Shown here: positions 48,209 to 58,425 of the stretch, piece by piece
Layout of the letters: the number at the start of each line of letters is the position of its first letter
How positions within the stretch are numbered: position 1 is the stretch's first letter
Origin: Nanohaloarchaea archaeon B1-Br10_U2g21
GTDB lineage: Archaea; Nanohalarchaeota; Nanosalinia; Nanosalinales; Nanosalinaceae
Direction of reading: 5' to 3'
Length of the DNA: 64,000 bases
Assembly (NCBI GenBank): GCA_001563915.1
Contig: LKMP01000002.1
Location: 42,630 to 106,629, forward strand
Position numbers and translations under genes: made by a program
Notes under the pieces: model-generated
Told to the model about the DNA's origin: nothing
The model's database searches: none
What the model saw: the letters and a program-made list of their open reading frames with translations, nothing else

Positions 48209-48251
48209 GAGGCCCAAAGGGCCTCTCTTTTTTAGAGGATGGTTTATCCTC
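48209..48251 (-). promoter_or_regulatory. two stem-loops directly downstream of atpK
   Basis: GAGGCCC-AAA-GGGCCTC (48209..48225) and GAGGAT-GGTTT-ATCCTC (48235..48251). Confidence 0.5.
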
Positions 48252-48468
48252 CAATAAATCCTGTAGCAACTAGTGCAACTACAAGCCCGAAGATAACCAT
48301 TGTCTCCGGAATAACTGTCAGGATGAGTACTTGTCCGAAGAGTGAATCATCTTCAGCCAGTGCTCCTACTCCTGCAGTTCCGATTTTTGCCTGTGCCCAA
48401 GCTGTTGCTAGGGCTGTGACTGAAATTGCAATTGCTGCACCGATTGCTGCTAATCCTTCTACTGCCAT
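48244..48468 (-). CDS. atpK: A-type ATP synthase subunit K (c), single hairpin
   Basis: AWAQAKIG...GALAE...IPETMVIFG. Confidence 0.96.
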   Translation of the reverse strand: MAVEGLAAIGAAIAISVTALATAWAQAKIGTAGVGALAEDDSLFGQVLILTVIPETMVIFGLVVALVATGFIGG

Positions 48469-48517
48469 TGTTTTAGGTTTTCACCTCGAAATATTGTTTT
48501 TTTACCGAAAATACATT

Positions 48518-50293
48518 TCATTGGTCTTTAAATCCAAATGGACTGTATTTTCTCCCTCCTCCATGGTAGAACCATCCAAATTGTTCTACATAATGCAGTC
48601 GTATGCCTTGAAGGAAGCCTTCCATGATTTTAATGAACGTCAGTAAAGTGTGTCCTACTATCAAAATCAGAGTTCCTGCTACTATACCCATCATAGTGCC
48701 TGAAGCATATGCAGGGCTTGCTATTGCATTGGCTGTGCCTGCTAATGTGTATGCCGCCATACAAACTCCGAAAATTCGGAGATATGAAAGCACGTTTGAA
48801 ACAATGCTTGGTAGCTCAACTATACCTTCTACTCCTTCGCCTTTGTAAAGCATGAGAACTGATGGAAGTGCGATTCCTAAGCCTACAGCTAAGCCCGGTG
48901 TTGTACCATAGCTTGTTGCAGTCAAATATCCTGCTACTGCTGCAACTTGAAGGAATATCCATGAGATTTTAGCAAATATGGCCTCCATTAATCCATGACC
49001 TACGTATTCATTGTAAGCTCCTATCAGTAGCCCTAGGTTAACGTGAGCTACACCTATACCTATCGTGAGATAGAATATCTCAGTCCACCAATCTGCTCTG
49101 TAAAATGGAGATTCATAGATTTGGAATCCAAACATTTCTCCATAGAGCAGGCCAAAGAACAAGGTGGCTCCTGATGCCCAAATCAATGCCTTAAATATTT
49201 CTGCGGCTGCTGGAAACATCTTCATACCAGCAAAGAAAACTATTGCTGTTGTGATTCCGTATCCTGCATCTCCAATCATCATTCCGAAGAATAGAGGGAA
49301 TGTTAGAAATATCAGAAAGCTAGGATCCAATTCTCCGTACTTAGGCCTAGACATCAAATCCGTAAGTGATTCGAACGGCTGTACTATACTATTGTTCTTG
49401 TATTTTACAGGTGCATTTTCGCCTTGTTCTACCTCAATATGTATTTTGTTATCAGTGGCTACTTCCAGCGAACTTTTAACATCATCAAGTTCTGATGTCG
49501 GGATCCAGCCCTCTACAATAAAGGCTTTTTCGGTTGTGCCAAAGCTTAGCGGAGCTTCAGCTTTTTCAATCCGTGTCGTGAGATATTCTTCGATATACGC
49601 TAGTTTTGGAGCCCAAGTATTTCTTAATGATGCGAAATTATTTTCTAAGCTATCTATTTCTTTCTCTATTTCTTTAATCTCTATTGATAGCTCGCGTAGA
49701 ACTTCTGCAGGCTTACCATCTTCAATTGAAGGAACTTCTATTTCTTTTCCGTTTACTCGTCCTATCTCCTCCCAAATTAATTCTCTTTCAGACTGCTTAA
49801 AAACTATTAAAGATGCTTTTTCACCATGGAAAATGTCGTAGGATGTTGTAGCTGCTCTAAAACCTTCTTGTTTATTTATTAAAACGTAATCTAAACTATC
49901 TACACTTTCTAAATTCTTTAAATCTGTTTCTATACCTTTTAGTTTAGAATAAAATCTTTTCTTTTCTCGTAGTTGTTCTTTACGCCTCTTCAAATTATCT
50001 TTCTCGGATTCAAATTCTTTCAACTGTTGAGAAATACTGGATAATTCTCTTCTAACTTCTTCTACTGATGCCTCTTCTCGATCCTCTACATCGCCCATTT
50101 TAGAAATGAGAGATCTTATATCTACAAGCAGCTGGGAAATATCTTCAGAACCTGCCATAGGTGTGCCTGTCTCAAGCTCTCCATCATATACATCTAAATC
50201 CATTAGACCTAGACTGTAGAGCTCGTCCACAACAGTTTCCAGTAACGTATGAGGCGCTGTAATTGATATCTTTGACATTTCTTCGGGCTTCAC
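48518..50293 (-). CDS. atpI: A-type ATP synthase subunit I (a)
   Basis: PKYGELDP, GDAGYG, SNVLSYLR, IRLHYVE. Confidence 0.96.
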   Translation of the reverse strand: MKPEEMSKISITAPHTLLETVVDELYSLGLMDLDVYDGELETGTPMAGSEDISQLLVDIRSLISKMGDVEDREEASVEEVRRELSSISQQLKEFESEKDNLKRRKEQLREKKRFYSKLKGIETDLKNLESVDSLDYVLINKQEGFRAATTSYDIFHGEKASLIVFKQSERELIWEEIGRVNGKEIEVPSIEDGKPAEVLRELSIEIKEIEKEIDSLENNFASLRNTWAPKLAYIEEYLTTRIEKAEAPLSFGTTEKAFIVEGWIPTSELDDVKSSLEVATDNKIHIEVEQGENAPVKYKNNSIVQPFESLTDLMSRPKYGELDPSFLIFLTFPLFFGMMIGDAGYGITTAIVFFAGMKMFPAAAEIFKALIWASGATLFFGLLYGEMFGFQIYESPFYRADWWTEIFYLTIGIGVAHVNLGLLIGAYNEYVGHGLMEAIFAKISWIFLQVAAVAGYLTATSYGTTPGLAVGLGIALPSVLMLYKGEGVEGIVELPSIVSNVLSYLRIFGVCMAAYTLAGTANAIASPAYASGTMMGIVAGTLILIVGHTLLTFIKIMEGFLQGIRLHYVEQFGWFYHGGGRKYSPFGFKDQ

Positions 50294-50297
50294 ATGA

Positions 50298-50618
50298 TCA
50301 CCCTAGAAACTCGTCTTCAAATTCTTCCATTAGAAATTCTAAGGCTTTTCCACTATTCTCTGCTGCCCTGTCTTTGAAATTTTGAGCTTCATCTGAGGCA
50401 TCTTCCATCATTTCCTCTTCTTTTTTCTCCAGCTCTTTCTTGAACTCTTTAAGCTTACTCGCCTTCTTTTCCAGAGCAGCCTCTTCAGACTCTTTTAACA
50501 TTTCCTCTGCTTTAGAGTTAGCATCTTCAAGAATTTCAGCCCGAGTTTCCTCAGCTTCTTCAATTATGGCTTTTGCATCTTTTTCCGCTCTCTGTACTTC
50601 TTGGACTACTTCAGCCAT
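50298..50618 (-). CDS. atpH: A-type ATP synthase subunit H (G)
   Basis: Charged coiled coil at head of operon (EVQRAEKDAKAIIEEA). Confidence 0.85.
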   Translation of the reverse strand: MAEVVQEVQRAEKDAKAIIEEAEETRAEILEDANSKAEEMLKESEEAALEKKASKLKEFKKELEKKEEEMMEDASDEAQNFKDRAAENSGKALEFLMEEFEDEFLG

Positions 50619-50746
50619 CGTATAAACAGCACGGAGTTAGAAAGCTTATAAAACCACTCTCGCCATCTACCCAAACACTGTTTAAAAGAGTTGCCGTATC
50701 TGCAATAGTTCCACTGATTAAAACCTTAGACATTAACACTCGTTAC

Positions 50747-51826
50747 ATGGAAGAAAGAGGCCTCAAAATCTTTGCTCCCGAGGGAGAACCCACTAAAAGC
50801 GATGAAGTATTCTACAACCCTAAAATGACTGAGAACAGAGACATCTCCGTTATCGCTGCAAAAACTTTCTTCGCAAAGGCCGATATAGAAAAACCGAATA
50901 TTGCTGATCCATTATCTGGAACTGGAATAAGAGGCCTAAGATACTCGCAACTTGGCGAATTGTATCTCAATGATGCAAACCCGAATGCAGTTGAAAGTAT
51001 TGAAAAAGGCCTTGAAACTAATAATACCGAAGCAGAAGTATCCAACGATGATGCAAACGTGTTCCTGTCCAGAATGCCTAACTTTTTCCACTTCATTGAC
51101 ATTGATCCTTACGGACCATTCACAGAATTCTTGGACTCAACAGCTAGAGCTGCAAACTATCAGAGCTTTGTAGGCCTGACAGCGACGGATAACTCTGCTC
51201 CAACAGGCAGCTACCCCACAGTATGTCGAAGAAGGTATGGTTCCAGACCTTTGAAAAATGGTTTTATGCACGAGACATCTCTCCGCATATATATTAAGGA
51301 AGTTTTCAGAAACTTCGCCCGGTATGACAAATGCTTCGAACCCAAAATATGCTTCCAGTACAAACATTATACGCGAGTCATGGGACGCGTGACAGAATCA
51401 AAGCGACGCACCAACAGAAATCTTGGTAACATTGGATACCTCAGCTACTGCAACGAATGCGGCTGGAGAAAACTAGAACGGGTAGAAAAATGCGAGCATT
51501 GCGATTCGGAAGTACAAATAGCAGGCCCACTTTGGACAGGGAAAATCTCTGATTCGCGATTCACAGAAAAAATGCTGGAACATTTCCCAGAAAAATGGGA
51601 GACTTCAAGAGAGATAGTAGAACTCATCGACTCAGAAGCAGAAATCTTGACGCCTTTCTATGACCTCCATGAACTCTGCTCACGTCACGGCCTACAAGTC
51701 CCGAAAAGAGACAAAGTAATACAGACCCTGGAAAGAAAAGGGTATCCGGTTTCACGCACTCATTTTGGTCCTAGAGGCCTGAGAACAGATGCACCACTGG
51801 AAGATATATTGAGAATCATTGACTAA
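50747..51826 (+). CDS. trm1: tRNA (G26-N2) dimethyltransferase
   Basis: VFYNPKM..NRD, GIRGLR, IDIDPYG, GPLWTG, THF...RTDA; start reset to ATG 50747. Confidence 0.95.
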   Translation: MEERGLKIFAPEGEPTKSDEVFYNPKMTENRDISVIAAKTFFAKADIEKPNIADPLSGTGIRGLRYSQLGELYLNDANPNAVESIEKGLETNNTEAEVSNDDANVFLSRMPNFFHFIDIDPYGPFTEFLDSTARAANYQSFVGLTATDNSAPTGSYPTVCRRRYGSRPLKNGFMHETSLRIYIKEVFRNFARYDKCFEPKICFQYKHYTRVMGRVTESKRRTNRNLGNIGYLSYCNECGWRKLERVEKCEHCDSEVQIAGPLWTGKISDSRFTEKMLEHFPEKWETSREIVELIDSEAEILTPFYDLHELCSRHGLQVPKRDKVIQTLERKGYPVSRTHFGPRGLRTDAPLEDILRIID

Positions 51827-52299
51827 TCGAGTTCTCTTTCTAATGTTACTGAATATTCTTTGAATTCGTGTTTTCTGTAGAAGTTTATTGCTCCTGTATT
51901 TTCTGCAGATGCTTCTACTCTTGCTCTTTCTACTCCTCTTTCTTTACTCCATGTAACGAAATTCTTAAACATTTCTGAGCCAAGACCTTCTCCTCTATAC
52001 TTTGGTTCAATGTACATGGTTTCTGCTTCTGCTATTTGATCTGTGTCTCTAAATTCTTCAGCTTGGTTTATTCCGCCGATAAGATATCCGATTATTTCTT
52101 CTTCAACTTCTGCTACTATAGCAAAACCGTTTTCTTGATTTATTCGAGAATCGAAATATTCTTCTGCTTCTTCAGAAAGATTCCAGTCAGGATCTATAGT
52201 CTGATCAAATTCTTCTTCTTCCTTCAAACTAAGGTTTCTGCTTAGGTTCTTGAGGTAATTAATGTCTTCATCTACTGCATCTCTAATTTCGAATTTCAT
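51823..52299 (-). CDS. GNAT family N-acetyltransferase
   Basis: YIEPKYRGEGLGS; NTGAINFYRKHEF. Confidence 0.9.
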   Translation of the reverse strand: MKFEIRDAVDEDINYLKNLSRNLSLKEEEEFDQTIDPDWNLSEEAEEYFDSRINQENGFAIVAEVEEEIIGYLIGGINQAEEFRDTDQIAEAETMYIEPKYRGEGLGSEMFKNFVTWSKERGVERARVEASAENTGAINFYRKHEFKEYSVTLERELD

Positions 52300-52338
52300 T
52301 GCAAATTAAAGAGAAAAAGATAGAGGGTTTTTAGGCCT

Positions 52339-53427
52339 CTAATTTGATTTTTCTTCTAGCTCGTCTTCTAGACCTAGTTTTTCTGCGAGTTCTTTGTAGC
52401 GGTTTCTGATGGTGACTTCTGTTACTCCTACTACATCTGCCACTTCCCTCTGTGTTCGTTTTTCGCCTTCTAAGACTGCTGCGATGTAAAGTGCTGCTGC
52501 AGCGAGGCCTGTTGGCCCTCTTCCGCTGAGTAGATCTCTTTCTCTTGCTTCTTTGAGTATGTTTCTTGCTCTTGCTTGGACCTCTCCGCTTAATTGGAGT
52601 TTTCCTGCAAATCTTGGTACGTAGTCTTGTGGTTTGGCCGGCAGGATTCTGAGGCCTAGTTCTCTTGCTACGTATCTGTATGCTCGTCCAATTTCTCTTT
52701 TTTCGATTCCTGATGCGTCACTGATTTCGTCTAGTGTTCTTGGCGTTCCTTGTTTTCTTGCAACGATGTAGATAAGTGCAGAGATTATGGATTCCATTGA
52801 TCGTCCGCGTACGAGGCCTTGGTCGACTGCTTTTTCGTATAGTCTTGCTGTTTCTTCGTGGACTGATTCAGGGAGGTTGAGGTTTGAGATCATTGAGTTT
52901 AGTTCGCTCAATGCAAACCCTAGGTTTCGGTCTTTACTCTTCGTGAGTCTTTTGTGCCATTTTCTTAGCCTATAATATTGGGCTCTTTTGTTTCCGCTGA
53001 CTTTGTATAGTTCTCCAGAACCTTTTCCAATTTCTGTGGACATACCCATGTCGTGTTTAGTATAAGTTAGAGGTTGTCCTGCTCGAGCTTTTTTCTCTTT
53101 TTCTTCAGCGTTGAATGCTCTCCATTCTGCAGATTCATCGATTCGGTCTTCGTCTATGACCGTTCCACATTCTATACAGATTAGCTCTCCTTTGGCAGAG
53201 TCTTCTTCGAAGCGTTGTGCGCCACATTCTGGACATGTTAGTACTGTGTCGCCTTCTTCAGCTTCTTCCTGTCTTACTTCATACCCTTCTTCGGTTTCTT
53301 CTCCTTCTTCCAGTGTTTCAGTTTCTTCTTGTTCTTCTTCCTGTTTCCACTCATCAGGGATATCGTACTCATCAATCTGTCTTCTTGGTATATTCTCCTG
53401 TGCGTGGTTTTGTTTTTGGTCATCCAT
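52339..53427 (-). CDS. tfb: transcription initiation factor IIB with acidic N-terminal extension
   Basis: CPECG...CIECG Zn ribbon, EWRAF, GLVRGRS, GVTEVTIRNRY. Confidence 0.97.
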   Translation of the reverse strand: MDDQKQNHAQENIPRRQIDEYDIPDEWKQEEEQEETETLEEGEETEEGYEVRQEEAEEGDTVLTCPECGAQRFEEDSAKGELICIECGTVIDEDRIDESAEWRAFNAEEKEKKARAGQPLTYTKHDMGMSTEIGKGSGELYKVSGNKRAQYYRLRKWHKRLTKSKDRNLGFALSELNSMISNLNLPESVHEETARLYEKAVDQGLVRGRSMESIISALIYIVARKQGTPRTLDEISDASGIEKREIGRAYRYVARELGLRILPAKPQDYVPRFAGKLQLSGEVQARARNILKEARERDLLSGRGPTGLAAAALYIAAVLEGEKRTQREVADVVGVTEVTIRNRYKELAEKLGLEDELEEKSN

Positions 53428-53561
53428 TTTAGAATCAGTCCTCGCCAGTAACCTTTAAAACTCCCCCAATCTTTATAACTCTTTCTCCGACTTAGATTAC
53501 TCTCCAGTAGTTACTCCCTAAGACAGTGGTAATTTAACTAACTCTTCATAAACTGTCCTTT

Positions 53562-54599
53562 ATGGATAAACAGGAGCACTTGAGAGCAAAAAGAGAAACA
53601 CTGCTGGTCGCACTGCTCCTTGTATTAGGTAGCATATTCATTGTGTACCCTTTTATGGACGCAATTGTCCTAGCCGCAGCCGTAGCCTATTTATTAGCGT
53701 TTGGGCACTCCAAACTGAATAACTACATCCAAAACAATACTTTATCCACTACAATAATCATCTCGGGCCTACTATCAATGATATCAGTAAGCCTATACTT
53801 CTTTATTGAAAATATCTTCACCATTATCGATAGAGTCAATATATTCGTACAAACAATAGAGGATCAAATAATAGCCTCACTAGATCCATTAGACCTCCCC
53901 TCATACTTTATAGATAGCATCAGCGATTTCTTCAACCAAGCCTCAGCCTGGGCTACAGATATATTACTAAACATTTTTACCACACTACCTTACTTCCTCA
54001 TACAAGTCGGCATATTTCTAGTAACGGCAATTTACTTGTATAAAGATCGTAAAAAGATTTATTCGGGCATCACTTCAGTCATAGAAGGCCTGCCTGAAAC
54101 TGAACAGCGCATTATCAATTCATTAATCGACTCCGTAGATTCTATTTTTAGAGGCGTATTCCTAACTCAACTCATAGTCGCGGGAATAATGGGTATTGCT
54201 GCAGCCATAGGATTTTACATTATAGGTTTAGTTACTTCGCCAATACCTCTGATCCCCGTATGGGCTTTATTGATAGCCGTATTCGCAATTCTACCAATAA
54301 TCGCAGCATTCATGGTTTATGCCCCTCTTGGCGCTTACTATATCGTAGCCGCTGAACCTCTGAAAGGAGGACTTATAATAATGTATGGCATAGTCGTCCT
54401 GCAAATCTTGCCTGAAACACTTTTTAGGCCTTATGTTGGCGCTAAAAAGCTTAATGAACACCCTCTAATTATTTTTATTGGATTTATAGCAGGCCCCTTA
54501 GTATTAGGTGTTAAAGGAATAGTCTTGGGGCCTCTGATGTTAATTCTAACGAAGCAGTTTATACTGAACTATACTGATCTCGTTTCCTCACAGGATTAA
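53562..54599 (+). CDS. AI-2E family transporter
   Basis: Multi-TM; FRP...HPLIIFIGFIAG...GIVLGP. Confidence 0.9.
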   Translation: MDKQEHLRAKRETLLVALLLVLGSIFIVYPFMDAIVLAAAVAYLLAFGHSKLNNYIQNNTLSTTIIISGLLSMISVSLYFFIENIFTIIDRVNIFVQTIEDQIIASLDPLDLPSYFIDSISDFFNQASAWATDILLNIFTTLPYFLIQVGIFLVTAIYLYKDRKKIYSGITSVIEGLPETEQRIINSLIDSVDSIFRGVFLTQLIVAGIMGIAAAIGFYIIGLVTSPIPLIPVWALLIAVFAILPIIAAFMVYAPLGAYYIVAAEPLKGGLIIMYGIVVLQILPETLFRPYVGAKKLNEHPLIIFIGFIAGPLVLGVKGIVLGPLMLILTKQFILNYTDLVSSQD

Positions 54600-55008
54600 T
54601 CCCGCAAGAAGTACACATTTTTTCAGTTTCTTTTCCGCAGCTCGGACACTTCATCACCCATGAAATCTTTCTAGATGCCACATCATCAAGAAAACCTTCA
54701 ACCTTTGCCTCCAAATGGTGCGCAAGGTTCTGAAGTCCTTTATCATCCGTCATCAATACTACTTCTCTATCAATAGCTAGTGCAAGTAATGATTCATCAA
54801 CTTCGGAAGTATTAGAGCATATCTCTCTTGATTTCTGCTCTACTTTCTCTATAGACTCTTTTGATGGTTGAACAGTCTCAATGTCTAACGCAAGACTCCT
54901 AGTCTTTGAATAGTCTGATTTAAGCTCTGCAATCGCTTCTGGAGTTGTAAGAGCCTTTTCATCTAGGCCTCTGCCATGAATTATCACATTAGTATCTACT
55001 ACTTTCAC
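54559..55008 (-). CDS. nob1: Nob1-like PIN endonuclease with Zn ribbon
   Basis: VVDTN, SEVD, TDDKGLQNLA, CPSC...CTSCG. Confidence 0.85.
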   Translation of the reverse strand: MKVVDTNVIIHGRGLDEKALTTPEAIAELKSDYSKTRSLALDIETVQPSKESIEKVEQKSREICSNTSEVDESLLALAIDREVVLMTDDKGLQNLAHHLEAKVEGFLDDVASRKISWVMKCPSCGKETEKMCTSCGINPVRKRDQYSSV

Positions 55009-55064
55009 GTTTCTAAATTAAGTATAGTTAAAAAATCTTTTAGTGTAATTGTTTACTGTTAACA

Positions 55065-55265
55065 ATGAAACTACCCAAAGCAGCAGTGGAAAGAATAATA
55101 AGGAATGCTGGAGCAGAAAGAGTGTCCAGTGAGGCGGTCGAAGATTTAAAGGAAGCTATAGAAGAGTTAGGAATGGAAATAGCGGAAGACGCTTCCGAGA
55201 TGGCCGATTACGCTAATAGAAAAACCATTGAAAGAGAAGACATTGAGATGGCGGTGACCTACTAA
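55065..55265 (+). CDS. canonical archaeal histone
   Basis: LPKAAVERIIRNAGAERVS...RKTIEREDIEMA. Confidence 0.95.
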   Translation: MKLPKAAVERIIRNAGAERVSSEAVEDLKEAIEELGMEIAEDASEMADYANRKTIEREDIEMAVTY

Positions 55266-55645
55266 TGCCTAAACAAATAGAAGCCTCCTCAGTTAAAAGC
55301 GGTTCAATGATTATGCTAGACGGAGAACCATGCGAAGTCCGTTCTATGTCAAAATCAAGTCCTGGAAAACACGGATCTGCTAAATGCAAAATTAAAGCTC
55401 GAGGAGTATTCGACGATAAAGATCGACACGTCACCAAGCCTGGAGACGCAAACTTAATGAGTCCTGACGTAGCTAAAAAAGAAGGACAGATTGTATCCAA
55501 AGATGGAAGCATAGCGCAAGTAATGGATATGGATACATACGAAACAGAAGAGATGCAGCTCCCAGATGATCTCGATGCCTCCGAAGGCCAGAACCTAAAG
55601 TACTGGGAAATCGATGGAAGAATACTTGTCAAAGGCCTGAAATAA
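55265..55645 (+). CDS. eif5a: translation factor aIF5A
   Basis: SPGKHGSAK hypusine loop; QVMDMDTYE. Confidence 0.96.
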   Translation: MPKQIEASSVKSGSMIMLDGEPCEVRSMSKSSPGKHGSAKCKIKARGVFDDKDRHVTKPGDANLMSPDVAKKEGQIVSKDGSIAQVMDMDTYETEEMQLPDDLDASEGQNLKYWEIDGRILVKGLK

Positions 55646-55696
55646 CGGCCACCCATCACCACTTATTTTTTACATACCTTCAACCAAATTCTCTCC

Positions 55697-57010
55697 ATGG
55701 AACTAGAAAAAGTCAAGAAAAAAGTACTAAAAAAATACTACCCTTCTACTGAAGAGCTAAAGGAATCAAGGCAACTTTTCCAAGAAATACAGTCCTTGAT
55801 AAAAGAAACATACGGACTCAACTCTCATTTTGCAGGATCAGCCTCTCGTGGCACATGTAGAAAAGGCGACAAAGACATAGACATATTCGTTCTTTTCTCT
55901 AAAGAAACTCCTAGAAGAGAGCTTGAGGAGAAAGGCTTAGAAGTTGGAAAGACTGTCTTTGAAAAGATAGGTACAGAATACCACGTCGAGTATGCAGAGC
56001 ATCCTTATACTAAAGGATTAGTCAAAGGCCATGAAGTAGAAATTGTGCCTTGTTATGATGTGCCATCAGGAGAAATACAGAGCTCAGTAGACCGGACACC
56101 CCACCATACGAGATGGACTAAGGATAACCTCAATGAAACTCAGAAAAGAGACGTTGTAGCGCTCAAAAAGTTTTTAGAAGCTCAAGAATTATATGGCTCC
56201 TCTCTAAAAACAGAGGGTTTCTCAGGCTACCTATGCGAAATTCTTATCTCATACTACGGGAGTTTTGAAGAATTAATAGAAAACGCATCCTCTTGGGAAA
56301 AAGAAAAACGGCTAGATTTCAACGAGTCCCCTAAAGACTTCGACTCAAGCTTTGTCGTTATAGATCCTGTTGACCCTGAGAGAAATGTTGCAGCAGTTCT
56401 ATCAACTGAAAATTATGCTAAATTTATTTTCAAAGCTTGGAAACTGAGTCAGAACCCTAGCATATCAATGTTTGAATCCTCTACCGAGTTCAACGAATTT
56501 GAACTAAGACAAGATCTAGATAAGCGAGCAGACTTCTTGGTAATTGAGTTTAAGAGACCTGAAGAAGTAGACGATATTGTTTATCCCCAATTAAGGAAGC
56601 TTGAAAGATTGCTACATACTAAGTTGAAAAAATCAGGATTCAAACTTTATGATTCCGGCGTCTATGCCGAAGACATGGCCAGACTATTTTTTGAGTTGGA
56701 CCGCCATCTGCCCGAAACTGAAGTGGTAAAAGGACCTCAAGTTTACCATAACGAGAAACATCTCGAAGAATTTACCAAAAAATATGAGAATGTATTCATC
56801 CGTGATGAAAGGCTATGTGCTAAGACCGAGCGAGAATTTACTGATGCCCGTAACCTAGTAAAGAACTTCCTGAAAACTGACGTTGAAAGCCTGAAAGAAC
56901 GTGGAGTACCTAATAAAATTGCGCCTCAACTAGAGGAGTACAGGTTTTCTGATATTTTGGATGGCGAAGACGAATGGTTAAAATACCTTTACAACAAATT
57001 GCATGTGTGA
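55697..57010 (+). CDS. cca: class I CCA-adding enzyme
   Basis: GSASRGT...DIDIF, YAEHPY, VDRTPHH, GFSGYLCE, DPVDPERNVA. Confidence 0.96.
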   Translation: MELEKVKKKVLKKYYPSTEELKESRQLFQEIQSLIKETYGLNSHFAGSASRGTCRKGDKDIDIFVLFSKETPRRELEEKGLEVGKTVFEKIGTEYHVEYAEHPYTKGLVKGHEVEIVPCYDVPSGEIQSSVDRTPHHTRWTKDNLNETQKRDVVALKKFLEAQELYGSSLKTEGFSGYLCEILISYYGSFEELIENASSWEKEKRLDFNESPKDFDSSFVVIDPVDPERNVAAVLSTENYAKFIFKAWKLSQNPSISMFESSTEFNEFELRQDLDKRADFLVIEFKRPEEVDDIVYPQLRKLERLLHTKLKKSGFKLYDSGVYAEDMARLFFELDRHLPETEVVKGPQVYHNEKHLEEFTKKYENVFIRDERLCAKTEREFTDARNLVKNFLKTDVESLKERGVPNKIAPQLEEYRFSDILDGEDEWLKYLYNKLHV

Positions 57011-57017
57011 TATTTGA

Positions 57018-57581
57018 ATGAGCCTAAGCATCTTGACAGGACTATCTGGAGTCGGAAAATCAACAGTATTAGAGGAAGCAGTTCTTCTATCTGACAAAGA
57101 GTATAAAGTCATTAATTATGGAGATAAGATGTTTGAGATCTCTAAAGAACGAAATCTTGTTGATAGTAGAGATGAAATGAAAGAAATAGACACTGCAACA
57201 TACAAGGAAGTTCAAGGAGAAGCTGCAGAACAAATATTTGAACTTTCAAAGGATGAAAACGTAATTCTAGATACACATGCTACGATAAAAACGCCTCATG
57301 GATACATTCCAGGTCTTCCGAAATGGAGTATTGAGCAGCTGAGTCCTGATAAGATTATCATGTTACATGCTTCTGCAGATGAAATATTTGAGAGAACACA
57401 GGGCGATGATAGAAATCGAGAGCACAAATCTGTTGAGGGTATTGAACAGTACCTTAACGTTTCAAGAGAGATGGCTGCAGCTGACGCAGTTCTCACTGGC
57501 GCCTACTTCCAAATTATAGAGAATCCTGATGGTGGAGCAGAAAAAGCGGCAGAGAAGCTTGTAAAAACTTTGAAAGCCTAG
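57018..57581 (+). CDS. adkA: archaeal adenylate kinase
   Basis: GLSGVGKST, NYGD, DTHATIKTPHGYIPGLP. Confidence 0.94.
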   Translation: MSLSILTGLSGVGKSTVLEEAVLLSDKEYKVINYGDKMFEISKERNLVDSRDEMKEIDTATYKEVQGEAAEQIFELSKDENVILDTHATIKTPHGYIPGLPKWSIEQLSPDKIIMLHASADEIFERTQGDDRNREHKSVEGIEQYLNVSREMAAADAVLTGAYFQIIENPDGGAEKAAEKLVKTLKA

Positions 57582-58279
57582 TCGCTTAACTCAGCATAAA
57601 GCTTTGGACTTATGATCATTGTATAAGTTCCCACTATTGATGAAATGGCTCTCCCCAGTACAAATCCTGTGAGACCTATATTCCTTAATGGCCCTGTCGT
57701 TAGTGCAGCAACTCCTAACAAAATAAAGGAAAATATCATAACTGTTGCCACCTTAGTCCTGTGGCTATTTGATGCCTTTGAAGATGATATAATGCTCTTT
57801 ATAGGGCCTGATTCTGTTAGTGTGACTGGTAGAAAATAGATTGAAAAGCTGAAACTGATCAATATTGCAAAAGTCAATATTATTCCGACTATAAAGAACA
57901 AGATGTTGAAACCTGTTAGGAATAGTCCTAGTCCTGCATACATCGGAATTGATGCAGCAGTAAATATGATTATAATCAATAGGGTAGTGAGAAATATTTT
58001 AGGCGAGTTTTGAATAGTTCTTTGTACTGCATGCTTAAGATTAATTTTATTTTTGACTATTTCGGCTACTATAACCGGACTAACTAGGCCTAAAAACATT
58101 ATAACCGGAAAAAACAACATTAGATATACTGAATTAATTAAACTGCCTGATTCAACTGTTATAAGAACCATTATCATCCAGAAACTGCTTATGAGATTTG
58201 TAGCTAGCTTCGGCATAAAGATTGAAGGTCTATCTTTGAGCAATAGTGCAGAATTTTTAAGCAGTTCTGACAGCCTCAT
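57578..58279 (-). CDS. multi-TM hypothetical membrane protein
   Basis: About 6 hydrophobic segments. Confidence 0.75.
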   Translation of the reverse strand: MRLSELLKNSALLLKDRPSIFMPKLATNLISSFWMIMVLITVESGSLINSVYLMLFFPVIMFLGLVSPVIVAEIVKNKINLKHAVQRTIQNSPKIFLTTLLIIIIFTAASIPMYAGLGLFLTGFNILFFIVGIILTFAILISFSFSIYFLPVTLTESGPIKSIISSSKASNSHRTKVATVMIFSFILLGVAALTTGPLRNIGLTGFVLGRAISSIVGTYTMIISPKLYAELSD

Positions 58280-58425
58280 CTCAATCTACACTATATTAGA
58301 TGGTATACATGATTAAAAAGCCAGTCCTTGTTACTACCGTTCAGAAAACAATTTTTAGATGTTGTATATGCGTTTAACCCGTGCGTCGGGAAACATTAAT
58401 AAGAATTAGTTAATCTACGTCGTAT

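Noticed and set aside
49164-49841. 225-aa antisense ORF, and the many other Ser-rich antisense ORFs in the track
   Set aside because: They are shadows of real genes; GAA/GAT-rich sense codons give stop-poor, Ser/Phe/Ile-rich reverse frames
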